The translations under genes were made by a program, and so were the position numbers. Below the pieces are notes generated by a model. The model was not told where the DNA came from and ran no database searches. It saw nothing but the letters and a program-made list of their open reading frames with translations. DNA of 64,000 nucleotides from a virus (Duplodnaviria; Caudoviricetes), in IMG/VR virus record IMGVR_UViG_3300016649_000097, positions 1 through 64,000 of that record; one strand, 5' to 3'. Of the stretch, positions 20,100 to 29,309 are shown piece after piece; within the stretch, counting starts at the first letter, position 1; every line of letters begins with the position of its first letter.

Positions 20100-20106
20100 C
20101 TAGGCG

Positions 20107-20307
20107 TTACTTCTTTTTCTTTGCGCCGAACCCATATGAAGGGTCTTTTGGATTTAGTGCTTTTGCCAAAGGACCGAGGAGACCTGCAATAAACGCGTTT
20201 ACCAAGGTCTTAGGGTCGGTGATACCGCTCATGTATAGAGCAGCGACTGCAGCGGCTGCTGCACGTAGGTACGTGGCGGCTGCTGCTTCTAGTGCTTTCT
20301 TGTCCAT
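20107..20307 (-). CDS. Putative holin
   Basis: 66 aa, two hydrophobic helices, basic C-terminus GAKKKK. Confidence 0.65.
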   Translation of the reverse strand: MDKKALEAAAATYLRAAAAAVAALYMSGITDPKTLVNAFIAGLLGPLAKALNPKDPSYGFGAKKKK

Positions 20308-20349
20308 ATCTCTCCTAGTTGAGATGCCCTTCTCAAGGTCAATAATCCT

Positions 20350-20514
20350 CTAATCTTCCTTATTGCGCAACGGATACGTGACCATCCAAGCAACCAGAGT
20401 TCCGAGTGTTGCCCAACCAACTACGTCCTTTGCGCTTCCATCAAGCACAATCCAGGCAATAAACATACCTAGAAGAGTCCAAAGTTGGTCTGCCATATCT
20501 TTGAGGAACTTCAT
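20350..20514 (-). CDS. 54-aa two-TM membrane protein
   Basis: My translation MKFLKDMADQLWTLLGMFIAWIVLDGSAKDVVGWATLGTLVAWMVTYPLRNKED; ATGA overlap with upstream stop. Confidence 0.7.
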   Translation of the reverse strand: MKFLKDMADQLWTLLGMFIAWIVLDGSAKDVVGWATLGTLVAWMVTYPLRNKED

Positions 20515-22991
20515 TTACGTCGTCTCCTAACGGCTTTCATATCTCCAGTTGGCGCTCCGCCACCTGAAGAACTGCCCCCTCTTGAACTGCCTCCAGTCGT
20601 TGTTGATGCTGCAGCAACTGCCGCAGCGTTCATAGCAGCACCAGCAGCGACAACTGTTGCTACAACCATCTTTGTTGCTTCTTCACGTTCTTCTGGTGAC
20701 ATGTCTGCGCCGATATTGCTAAGGGCTGCTAACGCAGCGCCTGGGTCTGTAAATAATTCGCCAATTAGTTCTGTTGGATTAGCAAGCAATTCTAGCGAAG
20801 CAGCCACCTCTGCCGTGATGACAACTGCATTTCCATTTTCATCAGTGCGAACATCAACTGGAGTTTCAGGAGGCAGGTCTTCATATGTCAGACCTGCTTC
20901 TTTGATAGTCTCACTTGATACAGTCTCACCTGGCTTTAGGTCAGCAACAATGGCTGTAATTACAGCAGCCTTCTCTTCGGCTGTTAACTTGCCATCGGCA
21001 AGTGCATCTGAAATAACTGTTTGTGGTGTAGGCTCTGGCTTACTTGGTTTAACGATAGGAGTATCTTGTGTTTCTTCCGACTGATTATCTTGCTCTTGGT
21101 TGTCTGTTTCTGTCTCTTCTAATTCTTCAGGTTGGGGTTCGTCAGAAACCTCGTCAGTTTCGTCGTCTTCTTCAGGGGTTGTGGGCTGTGGCTCTTCTTC
21201 TGGCTGGGACGGTTCTTGCTCTGAGTTTGTAGAATCTTCTGGTGAGTCTGTTTGTGGATTATCGGAAGATTCAGGAGTGTCTTGAGGATTCTCTGAATCG
21301 TCTGGAGTGTCTTCGGGAGTGTCATCTTCTGGAGCATCCTCTGGAGCCTCTTCCGGATTTTCTGTTTCCTTTGGAGAAGTGTCTGAAGGATTCTCTTCAG
21401 CAGGTTTCTCAGGCTTTACAGGTTCGACAGGTTTCTCTGGTTGAGGTTGAGTCTCAGGTTGAGGTGTTGGAACCGTGGGTTCAGAAGGAGTAGATGGTGA
21501 AGAAGGTTGTGGTTGTGGTTGCGGTTCTGGTTGGGGCTGTGGTTGCGATGCTGGTGGCTGTGAAGGAGTTGGCTCAGGCGTTTGAGGAGTGGGAGATGGA
21601 GTGGTCGGAGCCGGAGGTTGAAGAGCAGTAACAGCCTCTGCTACTTTAACAGTTGCCGTATCTGCTAACGCATTTGCATTGGCAATAGCAGTAGCCGCTG
21701 TTGCTTGAGCAGCGGCAATAGTCTCACTTGAAACATTAGTCATTGGTTGTACAGGTTGACCCGCGGTCTCGCGCACGCCCGTGCGTGGGCCATTCCACAG
21801 ATTAGTTGAATTGCCAGATATCTTTCCAATGCCTGTCCATTCACCAGTTCCAGGATTAACGGTCATCTTCCAGTTAATGTTAGTAAGAGGACCGTTTGGG
21901 TCAGCAAACTTATGCAAAGTCCAATCAACTTCTAGAGTTGTTTCTGTAGTTTTTACAACGGTTGAAGCACCTGTACCAGCGTTCTGGTAATCACTGGCAA
22001 ATACAGAGATATTTGGAGTATTAGGGAAATCCCACCAGTTAAAGTCTCCGGTACCAAAAGTAATCGTTGCTTTAGAGGTCACATAGATTTGGCTGTTTGG
22101 TCCTTGACCGTTATACAACACATCGCCCATTTTGATATCAAATGGCGTTTCAATCTTTGTAGCAGCGTCATACATGGTGGGCAAAACTCTTGTTGTAACA
22201 GTAGGCGTATCTACGGGAGTTGGGGCTACGTATCCATCGGTTGTGTATACCTTGGTGTTTTGAGGAGCGCTAGACAATTCATTGGCTGTGGTCTGTGCAG
22301 CAGCAGCAGTAACGGTTGCAGATTCTGCTGCATTGATAGCGGTTTGGGCTGCTGTAATTTGAGGGGCAGCAGCGGTTTGTTGTGTGACAGTTGACGACTC
22401 AATTGCGGTATTTAGCGTTACAGTTGCTGACTCTATTTTTGCTTGTACGGAGGTGACCGTAGGTGTTTCAGTCATGGTGGGTGTGGGCGTGGACGTTGTA
22501 CTGCTTGGGGACGGGGATTGTTCTGGGCTGGATATGGGCGTCGGAGCCGTTGAAGCGGAAGGTGAAGGTTCTGCAGTTGGTGATACAGACGGACTCGGAG
22601 CAGAAGATGGAGAGGATTCTGCGGTTGGAGCAACAGTTACGGTCGCTCCGTCAGAAACAGTCGGAGTTGGAAGAGGAGTTGAAGTGGAAGCAGGCGAGGG
22701 TTCTTGCGTTGGAGTCGGACTTGGAGAGGGTTCAGTCGAAGTTGATGTGGAAGGAGTAGGAGATGCAACAGGTGCTGTGGTTTCTGTTGGGGTTGGGCTT
22801 GGGGTTGGCTCTGGACTGGGTGTTGGTGAAGGTGATGCTGCGTTCGATTGAGCGGAGGATTCTTGCGCTGGAGGTTCATCAGCGTAGGCAAGAGATATCG
22901 TTAAGAGAACGTAGATAAACGCTGCTCCTAGTAAAAAGTATATTCGATTAAAGAAACCAGATTGTGCTGCGGATGAACGCAGTAGTTTCAA
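20511..22991 (-). CDS. Large Pro/Thr/Ser-rich exported membrane-anchored protein
   Basis: N-terminal signal/TM, PT linkers, central globular domain (IETPFDIKMG...IYVTSKATITFG), acidic linker, C-terminal hydrophobic anchor. Confidence 0.8.
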   Translation of the reverse strand: MKLLRSSAAQSGFFNRIYFLLGAAFIYVLLTISLAYADEPPAQESSAQSNAASPSPTPSPEPTPSPTPTETTAPVASPTPSTSTSTEPSPSPTPTQEPSPASTSTPLPTPTVSDGATVTVAPTAESSPSSAPSPSVSPTAEPSPSASTAPTPISSPEQSPSPSSTTSTPTPTMTETPTVTSVQAKIESATVTLNTAIESSTVTQQTAAAPQITAAQTAINAAESATVTAAAAQTTANELSSAPQNTKVYTTDGYVAPTPVDTPTVTTRVLPTMYDAATKIETPFDIKMGDVLYNGQGPNSQIYVTSKATITFGTGDFNWWDFPNTPNISVFASDYQNAGTGASTVVKTTETTLEVDWTLHKFADPNGPLTNINWKMTVNPGTGEWTGIGKISGNSTNLWNGPRTGVRETAGQPVQPMTNVSSETIAAAQATAATAIANANALADTATVKVAEAVTALQPPAPTTPSPTPQTPEPTPSQPPASQPQPQPEPQPQPQPSSPSTPSEPTVPTPQPETQPQPEKPVEPVKPEKPAEENPSDTSPKETENPEEAPEDAPEDDTPEDTPDDSENPQDTPESSDNPQTDSPEDSTNSEQEPSQPEEEPQPTTPEEDDETDEVSDEPQPEELEETETDNQEQDNQSEETQDTPIVKPSKPEPTPQTVISDALADGKLTAEEKAAVITAIVADLKPGETVSSETIKEAGLTYEDLPPETPVDVRTDENGNAVVITAEVAASLELLANPTELIGELFTDPGAALAALSNIGADMSPEEREEATKMVVATVVAAGAAMNAAAVAAASTTTGGSSRGGSSSGGGAPTGDMKAVRRRRK

Positions 22992-23028
22992 GAAACCCCT
23001 CGGAAACTTGTACCCCTCAGAGGTTAGA

Positions 23029-23262
23029 TTATACTGGTTTCCAGTTTCTGCGCACTATCAACTTCGCTGCAGCAGGATTGTGTGAGTTAACAGATTCTCC
23101 TTGCACACCACGTCCACGATTGTTCCAAGATACAACACTTGGTTCTGCTTTTGATTTGTAACCAAGGTTTGCGTTGTAACCAAAGTGCTGTTTAATTCCA
23201 CGACGTTGATTAACCATAAGTGTTTTTCTATCTAGTTTAGGTGAACCAAAAAAATTTTCCAT
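23029..23262 (-). CDS. Hypothetical protein
   Basis: 77-aa ORF coupled to upstream stop. Confidence 0.55.
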   Translation of the reverse strand: MENFFGSPKLDRKTLMVNQRRGIKQHFGYNANLGYKSKAEPSVVSWNNRGRGVQGESVNSHNPAAAKLIVRRNWKPV

Positions 23263-23642
23263 TAGAGAACTGCACCTCCACCATTAAATGTTGTTCCACC
23301 AATTCCCATTCCATCAGCAGGTGTCGCCGTTCTTCCAGAATCTGAAATCGGTGCATTCTGTTCTTGATTAGGCATACCAGTTCCTGAACCCATTGCACCA
23401 ACCATATTTGGGTATAAACCAAACCAAAATCCTGCGCCTGTATAACCTGATTCTCTTTTTCTCTTGAAACGGCGACGTTTACTCTCTTCAACTGTTTCCA
23501 TATAGTCATTAAACTGAGAGGCAAGGTTATTCACACGAGGACCCACGCTATATCTGCCATAACTTCCTTTGATGCCACCAAACATCCCTTGACCAAGAAC
23601 GTATCTACTGTCTTCCATAGTTGAATACACCTTCTGGGTCAT
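23262..23642 (-). CDS. Hypothetical protein
   Basis: 126-aa ORF; start may be MEDSRY. Confidence 0.6.
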   Translation of the reverse strand: MTQKVYSTMEDSRYVLGQGMFGGIKGSYGRYSVGPRVNNLASQFNDYMETVEESKRRRFKRKRESGYTGAGFWFGLYPNMVGAMGSGTGMPNQEQNAPISDSGRTATPADGMGIGGTTFNGGGAVL

Positions 23643-23826
23643 AGACCTGTATTGACTTCAGTACAAGAGGAGTTGCAACTTGACGGGCATGATGACCACA
23701 GAAATACAACTCTCCAGTAACTAGTGTTGCACGAACCATTGCTGCTGCACCGCACTTATCGCACCTATCTAACGCAGTTAGAGGGGCTCTAGTGTCGGTA
23801 GTAGTCACTACAGTGGTCGCTTGCAC
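23605..23826 (-). CDS. Small Zn-binding protein of an actinobacterial family
   Basis: LTALDRCDKCGAAAMVR...GELYFCGHH. Confidence 0.7.
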   Translation of the reverse strand: MQATTVVTTTDTRAPLTALDRCDKCGAAAMVRATLVTGELYFCGHHARQVATPLVLKSIQVYDPEGVFNYGRQ

Positions 23827-24380
23827 TCGCTACATACTTTGGCTTGAGCAGGTGCTGCTGCAGCCTCAGTCTTTGCCGCTCCTTTAAACTTTGGACGACC
23901 AAAGCCAACGATAGATATCTGTACATTCTGTTTGTTCTTCTTGTAGGCGCGAAGTTTCTTAACAACTTCCCCACCATTGCGCTGTGATTTCTTTGGGTCG
24001 CCAGAAGTGTTACCTTCGATGCACCATACGGTGCCGTCTTCGTTATCCTTAATAACGATACCGACGTGAGAGATGCGCTCTACGCCATCGCCAGGAAAAT
24101 CAAAGTAAGCGATATCGCCAGGTTCTGGGTCACAAATCTGTGCGTCATACCAACGACCAGACTTCTTAAACGCTGCAGCGCCACCTGGTGTGTAGACAGT
24201 GTTTGGAACTTTTACTCCAGCCTTGTCTGCGCACCACATAACGAATGAACCGCACCATGGTTGGAAGTTGGCTTTTGTAAATGCGCCATACTTGGTCTCG
24301 TTGTCTTTTGGACCTTCGATGTAACCAATTTCTTCTTTGGCAATCTCAATTAACTTGGCTGCCGTTCCTAGTTCTGCCAT
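23808..24380 (-). CDS. CHAP-domain endolysin
   Basis: QPWCGSFVMW (catalytic Cys), SHVGIV (His), IEGNT; start MAELG at 24380. Confidence 0.9.
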   Translation of the reverse strand: MAELGTAAKLIEIAKEEIGYIEGPKDNETKYGAFTKANFQPWCGSFVMWCADKAGVKVPNTVYTPGGAAAFKKSGRWYDAQICDPEPGDIAYFDFPGDGVERISHVGIVIKDNEDGTVWCIEGNTSGDPKKSQRNGGEVVKKLRAYKKNKQNVQISIVGFGRPKFKGAAKTEAAAAPAQAKVCSECKRPL

Positions 24381-24796
24381 TAGTCTTTGTCCCATCCTTC
24401 GTCAATTTCTTGCTCATCAGGCATTTGACTGTTGTCTTTACCGGAGTTTAACTCACTTACTACTTCTTCAGGAGAAGATGCAACAGACTCTTCTGCAACT
24501 GGTGTAATTTCTGAAACAGGTGAAGAACCATTCTCCATTGCTTCTTTCATTTCTTGGGCGCCACTCTTACCGATGAGTAGACCAGCAAGAGTACCGGTAA
24601 TAAATGTAGCAACGCTGCCCAACACGTTAAAGAACATCTTGTCATTTTCAGATTGGGCATTCACTGGTTGAGTAACAAAGATAAGAGCGTAAAGAATTCC
24701 TAGTGTTGTTGATAGGAGAATGACTCCAAGCATAATTCCTAGTGCAAACTTTAATCGTGCATCTAGTTCTGCTGATGTATACCTTGTATTACTCAT
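24380..24796 (-). CDS. Two-TM membrane protein
   Basis: Start MSNTRY at 24796; two hydrophobic helices, acidic tail. Confidence 0.75.
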   Translation of the reverse strand: MSNTRYTSAELDARLKFALGIMLGVILLSTTLGILYALIFVTQPVNAQSENDKMFFNVLGSVATFITGTLAGLLIGKSGAQEMKEAMENGSSPVSEITPVAEESVASSPEEVVSELNSGKDNSQMPDEQEIDEGWDKD

Positions 24797-25010
24797 TTGT
24801 GGTTTCCTCTGTGTTGTCCGATGTTCCTGGCAATGTACCTGGTGCAACCAAGTCTTCTGGACATGCGCCAGCAACAGTGCATAATGGTGGTTTGCACTCC
24901 TCATTCTCCCAGTTCGCTGGGTCTTGGCAAGGATAACGGTAGTGACCATCGTATCCACAACCCGTTAGAAGGGCTGTAAGGGCCAAGAGGAGCGTAGTTA
25001 GTTTTAGCAC
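24789..25010 (-). CDS. Small lipoprotein
   Basis: Hydrophobic leader with lipobox LTGC, then four further Cys. Confidence 0.75.
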   Translation of the reverse strand: MLKLTTLLLALTALLTGCGYDGHYRYPCQDPANWENEECKPPLCTVAGACPEDLVAPGTLPGTSDNTEETTNE

Positions 25011-25022
25011 GAACTGATTTTA

Positions 25023-25286
25023 TCAGTCTTGCTGGATTCCGAGCCTTTCTAAGTACTTCTCTTTTTCTTGCATGAGGAACTCCTCAATGCGCTTATATTG
25101 CTCTTGAGCCTTATCTTCGGTTGCCTTGACCTGTTCTTCGGTCAAATCACCCATCCCATCCTTGAAAGTCTGAATGGCTAGGTCTAGTTCGGTTTTGGCA
25201 AGTGCGGCCCGAAGTTGTGCCCGCTCCCACCGTGCTTCTGCGTGTCGAATCTTCTTCCTCTTTCTTTTTTCTTGTTTCTTAGACAT
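25023..25286 (-). CDS. Coiled-coil hypothetical protein
   Basis: 87-aa ORF in operon. Confidence 0.65.
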   Translation of the reverse strand: MSKKQEKRKRKKIRHAEARWERAQLRAALAKTELDLAIQTFKDGMGDLTEEQVKATEDKAQEQYKRIEEFLMQEKEKYLERLGIQQD

Positions 25287-25785
25287 TTACCAACTCCGGT
25301 ATGGAGTCATTGAATTCGTGTAGAGGTATTCTCCAAGAACCTTCAGGGGCGTATATCCACTCATCTCTCTGCACATCTTCCATTCGAAGCCATCCATAAA
25401 CTTCTACCTGTGAGTAGTAGTCGCGGTCGAGTACGCGTGCGCCCACGAGAAGACGACCAGGTGTTATATCTTTTGGAAAGACTGGAATCTCATCACGGGT
25501 TCTAACGCTCTTGACTTCCACATTAGAGCCAACATCTGGAATGTGCTTTCTAAATGGATGTTCTTCATTTGGATAGAACGGAAATGTAAGTGGCATCTTA
25601 TAAAGTTTTGCAACAGCATATTCTGCAACGATAGTGCGAACGTTTGCTGATATCTCTGGTTCTAGTTTTGATTTATTATCGCCTGCATAGTTTGGTCTAT
25701 CAACACTGCCCCACTTCATCATCCATCGATTAAGAGCAATGTCTGCACAGGCTCTGACTTCTTCTTTGCTTAGGTTAACAATCAT
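25279..25785 (-). CDS. PD-(D/E)XK nuclease-like protein
   Basis: AEYAVAK...PDVGSNVEVKSVR. Confidence 0.55.
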   Translation of the reverse strand: MIVNLSKEEVRACADIALNRWMMKWGSVDRPNYAGDNKSKLEPEISANVRTIVAEYAVAKLYKMPLTFPFYPNEEHPFRKHIPDVGSNVEVKSVRTRDEIPVFPKDITPGRLLVGARVLDRDYYSQVEVYGWLRMEDVQRDEWIYAPEGSWRIPLHEFNDSIPELVNV

Positions 25786-25864
25786 GACTTGAGCCTAGCA
25801 GATTAAATGGGCAGTTTTTGCGTGCTCATACCCAGGAGCCTCTTATTAAATTGTGTGACGTAGG

Positions 25865-26359
25865 TTACTCGACTTTAATGGTCCGTGGTCTCTTATGTTC
25901 AGGAATTTCTCTTTCGAGTCGTACTGTAAGCACGCCATCCTTCATATTGGCAGATATGACCTTAACATCGTCAGCCAATGCAAAGTTCTGCTCAAAGTCA
26001 CGAGCGGCTATGCCCTTATGTACATAATCGGCTGAGTCTGTGTCTTTCTTACCTGTAATAGTAAGTTGGTTCTCTTTGTAAATGATATCGATGTCGTCTT
26101 TGGTAAACCCAGCAGCAGCAATCTCAATCAGGTAAGTCTCTTCGTCATCTACCTGAATGATGTTATATGGCGGGTATGTGGATTTACTTGCATTACGCAA
26201 CTCTTCAAGAAGTTGGAAGTGACGGTCAAACCCGACAGTCCAAGAGTTTAAAAAGGGTGATAGAACCGCAAATGGATTTACAGGTTTTTCTACAATTTTT
26301 CCGTAATCGTAGTCCGGGTATTTGTATTGTTTCTTTTTAGATACTTCATAGGGTGTCAT
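25865..26359 (-). CDS. hsp20: Small heat-shock protein (Hsp20)
   Basis: YPPYNII...YLIEIAAAGF...HKGIAARDFEQNFALAD...AxMKDGVLTV. Confidence 0.93.
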   Translation of the reverse strand: MTPYEVSKKKQYKYPDYDYGKIVEKPVNPFAVLSPFLNSWTVGFDRHFQLLEELRNASKSTYPPYNIIQVDDEETYLIEIAAAGFTKDDIDIIYKENQLTITGKKDTDSADYVHKGIAARDFEQNFALADDVKVISANMKDGVLTVRLEREIPEHKRPRTIKVE

Positions 26360-26447
26360 AATCTCTCCTTAGACGAGACTAGTTAATGGCTCCCAAATGG
26401 CAAGCCGTATATGTAACCCTACAAGATTGTGATTTATTTCACAAAAG

Positions 26448-26528
26448 TTAGTATGCCTGCTGTTGGAGCCAAGCAAGATAGTTCAGTATTGCAAAGATTA
26501 GAATAAAGATGCCTATCACAATCTTCAC
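26448..26528 (-). CDS. 26-aa single-TM peptide
   Basis: My translation VKIVIGIFILIFAILNYLAWLQQQAY; GTGA overlap with upstream stop. Confidence 0.5.
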   Translation of the reverse strand: MKIVIGIFILIFAILNYLAWLQQQAY

Positions 26529-27076
26529 TTCTTTAACTGACGCTCTATTTGAAACGGCCCAGAAGTATTAACGTCTATCTTCTCAGCAACAGCCATAGCC
26601 TTCTCTGGCTTCACACCAGCATATAAAGCCCCAAGAGCATATGGAGAGCCAGAGCCAACGCCATAGAAGCCAGCATCTGACATACAGACAGACATATCAT
26701 CGCCCACATCAAATAACTGACCATTGACTGCTATTAACAGGTTGAACCTTGACTCACCTGATTTGCCATCTTCTTTGCCCTCGTTGAAATCAAATCCGTT
26801 GTCTTCTAGACATTTACGAAGTGATGGCATCAACTTAGCGATAACGAAGTGATAAGTGTTCTTTCTATCTTTGGCAGTCATGGCAGGTGGGTTCCATAGA
26901 TGTTGAGCGATATCGCAAGGAGCAACTTCACCTGAACCTGCAACAAGGTATTCGCCTACCTTGCTAATCTTCTTCATTTCAGGATGCTTATATCTGCGCC
27001 CACCATCAAGTGTTACTTGATTGTCTGCCATCAACAAGCACGAATCGTCATACTGCACACCGATAATCGTGGTCAT
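26525..27076 (-). CDS. Ntn-hydrolase peptidase (HslV/proteasome beta-like)
   Basis: N-terminal MTTIIG, ADNQVT, KISK, AGSG, GVGSGSPYALGAL. Confidence 0.85.
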   Translation of the reverse strand: MTTIIGVQYDDSCLLMADNQVTLDGGRRYKHPEMKKISKVGEYLVAGSGEVAPCDIAQHLWNPPAMTAKDRKNTYHFVIAKLMPSLRKCLEDNGFDFNEGKEDGKSGESRFNLLIAVNGQLFDVGDDMSVCMSDAGFYGVGSGSPYALGALYAGVKPEKAMAVAEKIDVNTSGPFQIERQLKK

Positions 27077-27153
27077 TGGGTTCCCTTCGCCAGGACCCTA
27101 GGATACCAAATGGCCCCACAGGGCCCCCAGGCTAAAGGTATGCCCGATTTGCC

Positions 27154-27339
27154 CTAGATGCTCCACCAGCCACGTATTGTGCCGCCCTCAACTGGACACT
27201 TGTAGGCAAGGTGACGACCCTGCTCGTAGTACTCCTTGAACAGACGACTCGCCAACTCCCGGTCAGGCTCGTGCGTGTCGCGCCCGCACGCGGGGCAAAT
27301 CGCCGCCCCGACATATTCATAGACGTGTAGGCAGGTCAC
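27154..27339 (-). CDS. Small Cys-rich protein
   Basis: CLH...ICPACGRDTHEP; overlaps upstream stop. Confidence 0.6.
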   Translation of the reverse strand: MTCLHVYEYVGAAICPACGRDTHEPDRELASRLFKEYYEQGRHLAYKCPVEGGTIRGWWSI

Positions 27340-27884
27340 TCGAACTCCTTGAACAGATGTGGATGCAACTCTTCTGGTTGATAGTTCTCAGGGACAGGCC
27401 ATGGGTCGATGCTTCCCATGTGCTTTCTCTCTAACGTTAATGGCGCACCAATTCCTTGTTTCTTTCGCTCACCTGGACCCCACCCGCTTGCACCTGAGTA
27501 AACAAAGACTGGAACATGACTATGTCCCGCTAACTCTGCTGCAGCAAGACGATGATGTCCTTCTCCTAGATAACCCCATTGATGCTTTGTACTATGTTCT
27601 AGCATTAGCGGTTCTTTGATAACACCGCCGGATTTTAATTCTTGGGCGATTTCATTTATGCGCTTTTCACTATCTCCAGTGCTATGTTCGCCTTGTCTGT
27701 CGTATTCACGATACTTCTTCACCTCAGAGATAGGCAGCATGGCAGTAATGCTTCTGCTTCTATCTCCTGCAAGGTGACCAATACCACCAGATTTACGAAT
27801 CTGTGTGCCTTCAGGAATGGGCAGGCCTAACTTAGGGATGGTTGGTTGTTCCCATTGCTTTCCTAGATTATCTGAGGCGCTCAT
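27336..27884 (-). CDS. ParB/Srx-like domain protein with NLGKQW tag
   Basis: IAQELKSGGVIKEPLML...LGEGHHRLAAAELAG. Confidence 0.75.
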   Translation of the reverse strand: MSASDNLGKQWEQPTIPKLGLPIPEGTQIRKSGGIGHLAGDRSRSITAMLPISEVKKYREYDRQGEHSTGDSEKRINEIAQELKSGGVIKEPLMLEHSTKHQWGYLGEGHHRLAAAELAGHSHVPVFVYSGASGWGPGERKKQGIGAPLTLERKHMGSIDPWPVPENYQPEELHPHLFKEFE

Positions 27885-28288
27885 GCCTTAGTCCTTTTGG
27901 GCTTTTTAAACTTTCTAGTCTTGGTGCTGCCAAAGTCATCAGTGACTCGTGTTACTCCTGTTAAAGTTACCTCTGCGCCACTTTTTACTGGCAATTCTTC
28001 TTCTAAAGGATTGTAATCAATGGCGTGCTTTTCTCTAAAGGCTTTTTTATCTTGATATGAAGAAATTGGTACTTCTGCGTGGAGTATGTACTGTTTAGCG
28101 TTTCTTTTACTTAAGAACCGATTTTCTGGCGCCCCTGTAGAAAAAGCCTCTGCTACATCGTGAGCATGAGTCCAGTGAGTGCCCAAATTTTGCAAATCTA
28201 ATTTTTGACCTCTTGGAACATTGACGCCCCTATGAACTTCCCATGACAGTTCTGGCTGATGCCATTGACGGCCTAAGTTTCTGTTCAT
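27881..28288 (-). CDS. Putative ADP-ribosyltransferase-fold protein with NLGRQW tag
   Basis: Start ATG 28288; beta1 VHRG, beta2 THWT, VAEAF helix, E-x-E in LEEEL. Confidence 0.6.
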   Translation of the reverse strand: MNRNLGRQWHQPELSWEVHRGVNVPRGQKLDLQNLGTHWTHAHDVAEAFSTGAPENRFLSKRNAKQYILHAEVPISSYQDKKAFREKHAIDYNPLEEELPVKSGAEVTLTGVTRVTDDFGSTKTRKFKKPKRTKA

Positions 28289-28689
28289 GACATTGGACCC
28301 ATTGGAGAACGCTTTGGTAGAGCACCACCTACATTCTTTGCCCACTCTTCTCCTTCTGGTGTTCTGTGCTTAGAATGTTGGGGCGCCTTTATTCCAGTAT
28401 CGGTCGCTAACTTATGTGCCTTCTCCCATAGAGTAGTAGCGACACCAAGGCCTCGATAATCCTGATGTGTGCGAACCCAGTTGACCTCTCCTGTCTGTGG
28501 ATGCCATTGGAGAGTTCCTACTAGTTTTGGCTTTGCTTTACCTTCCTCCATGTGGGTGTCATTGGTAGCAATTGCTTGAATCTGGTGATAAGCAAAGAAG
28601 CCCTTCTTACTAGGCGCGGTATATTTAAATTGGACGTCAGATAAGTTACGTGGCTTATTGGGGTCAGATGGCTTTGGTGTCTTTTTCAT
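28285..28689 (-). CDS. GNAT acetyltransferase with NLSDVQF tag
   Basis: VRTHQDYRGLGVATTLW acetyl-CoA motif, SKHRTPEGEEWA. Confidence 0.8.
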   Translation of the reverse strand: MKKTPKPSDPNKPRNLSDVQFKYTAPSKKGFFAYHQIQAIATNDTHMEEGKAKPKLVGTLQWHPQTGEVNWVRTHQDYRGLGVATTLWEKAHKLATDTGIKAPQHSKHRTPEGEEWAKNVGGALPKRSPMGPMS

Positions 28690-29084
28690 CAGTGGTGGAA
28701 GTGCTCTCCGTCAAGAGTTGTGTGAGGCTCATCGGTATATTTGTTATGGTCATGATGATGTAGGGCGATTAATTCTTGATGAGTCATTTCTCTATCATCT
28801 CCGCCTTTAGGACGAACACCTGGGATATGGTCATCTTCATGACTGTTACGCCATTCGGCGTGTCTTCCCATCATGTGACCATTGTCGGATTTCAGGTGGT
28901 CCAATAGGTCTGCATGGTCATGGATGTCTACTGTTCTGGTTCTTTCGACTTCTGCGCCCATATGCTGTAAATCTCGCGCCTGCACGAAGGCCTTCATTCT
29001 CTCTACCTCTTCTGGAGAGAACTCAATATGAAAGTGATTAGTTCCTGCTGATTCGCATTTGGGGTCTTTGCAATTTTCTTCCAT
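28689..29084 (-). CDS. His-rich hypothetical protein
   Basis: HDHADLLDHL, HHHDH, HFHH. Confidence 0.7.
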   Translation of the reverse strand: MEENCKDPKCESAGTNHFHIEFSPEEVERMKAFVQARDLQHMGAEVERTRTVDIHDHADLLDHLKSDNGHMMGRHAEWRNSHEDDHIPGVRPKGGDDREMTHQELIALHHHDHNKYTDEPHTTLDGEHFHH

Positions 29085-29086
29085 GG

Positions 29087-29269
29087 TTATGCCTTTGTAC
29101 TAGAAGCAGTATTAGACGCCCCTGAAGGAGGCATCATCTGCATTGCGGTATTTACATATAACTTTTTGGGCATCTCTTTGCGGAAGTAGAATTGCTCCCC
29201 AGATAACGCCTTATGCATCAGTTCCTGATGGAACTTCTGTGTAGGGTTCTTTCGTACTACCGCAGCCAT
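29087..29269 (-). CDS. Hypothetical protein
   Basis: 60-aa ORF in operon. Confidence 0.55.
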   Translation of the reverse strand: MAAVVRKNPTQKFHQELMHKALSGEQFYFRKEMPKKLYVNTAMQMMPPSGASNTASSTKA

Positions 29270-29309
29270 AAGGACATTATGAGGCCGTTACTGAGAAAAT
29301 TTGGGCTGA

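Noticed and set aside
20485-22891. Long antisense ORFs over the 826-aa gene
   Set aside because: Mirror of Pro/Thr/Ser low-complexity codons; no RBS or family motifs.
26360-26400. RNA thermometer in the hsp20 leader
   Set aside because: Only a 4-5 bp pairing over the Shine-Dalgarno; too weak to support.
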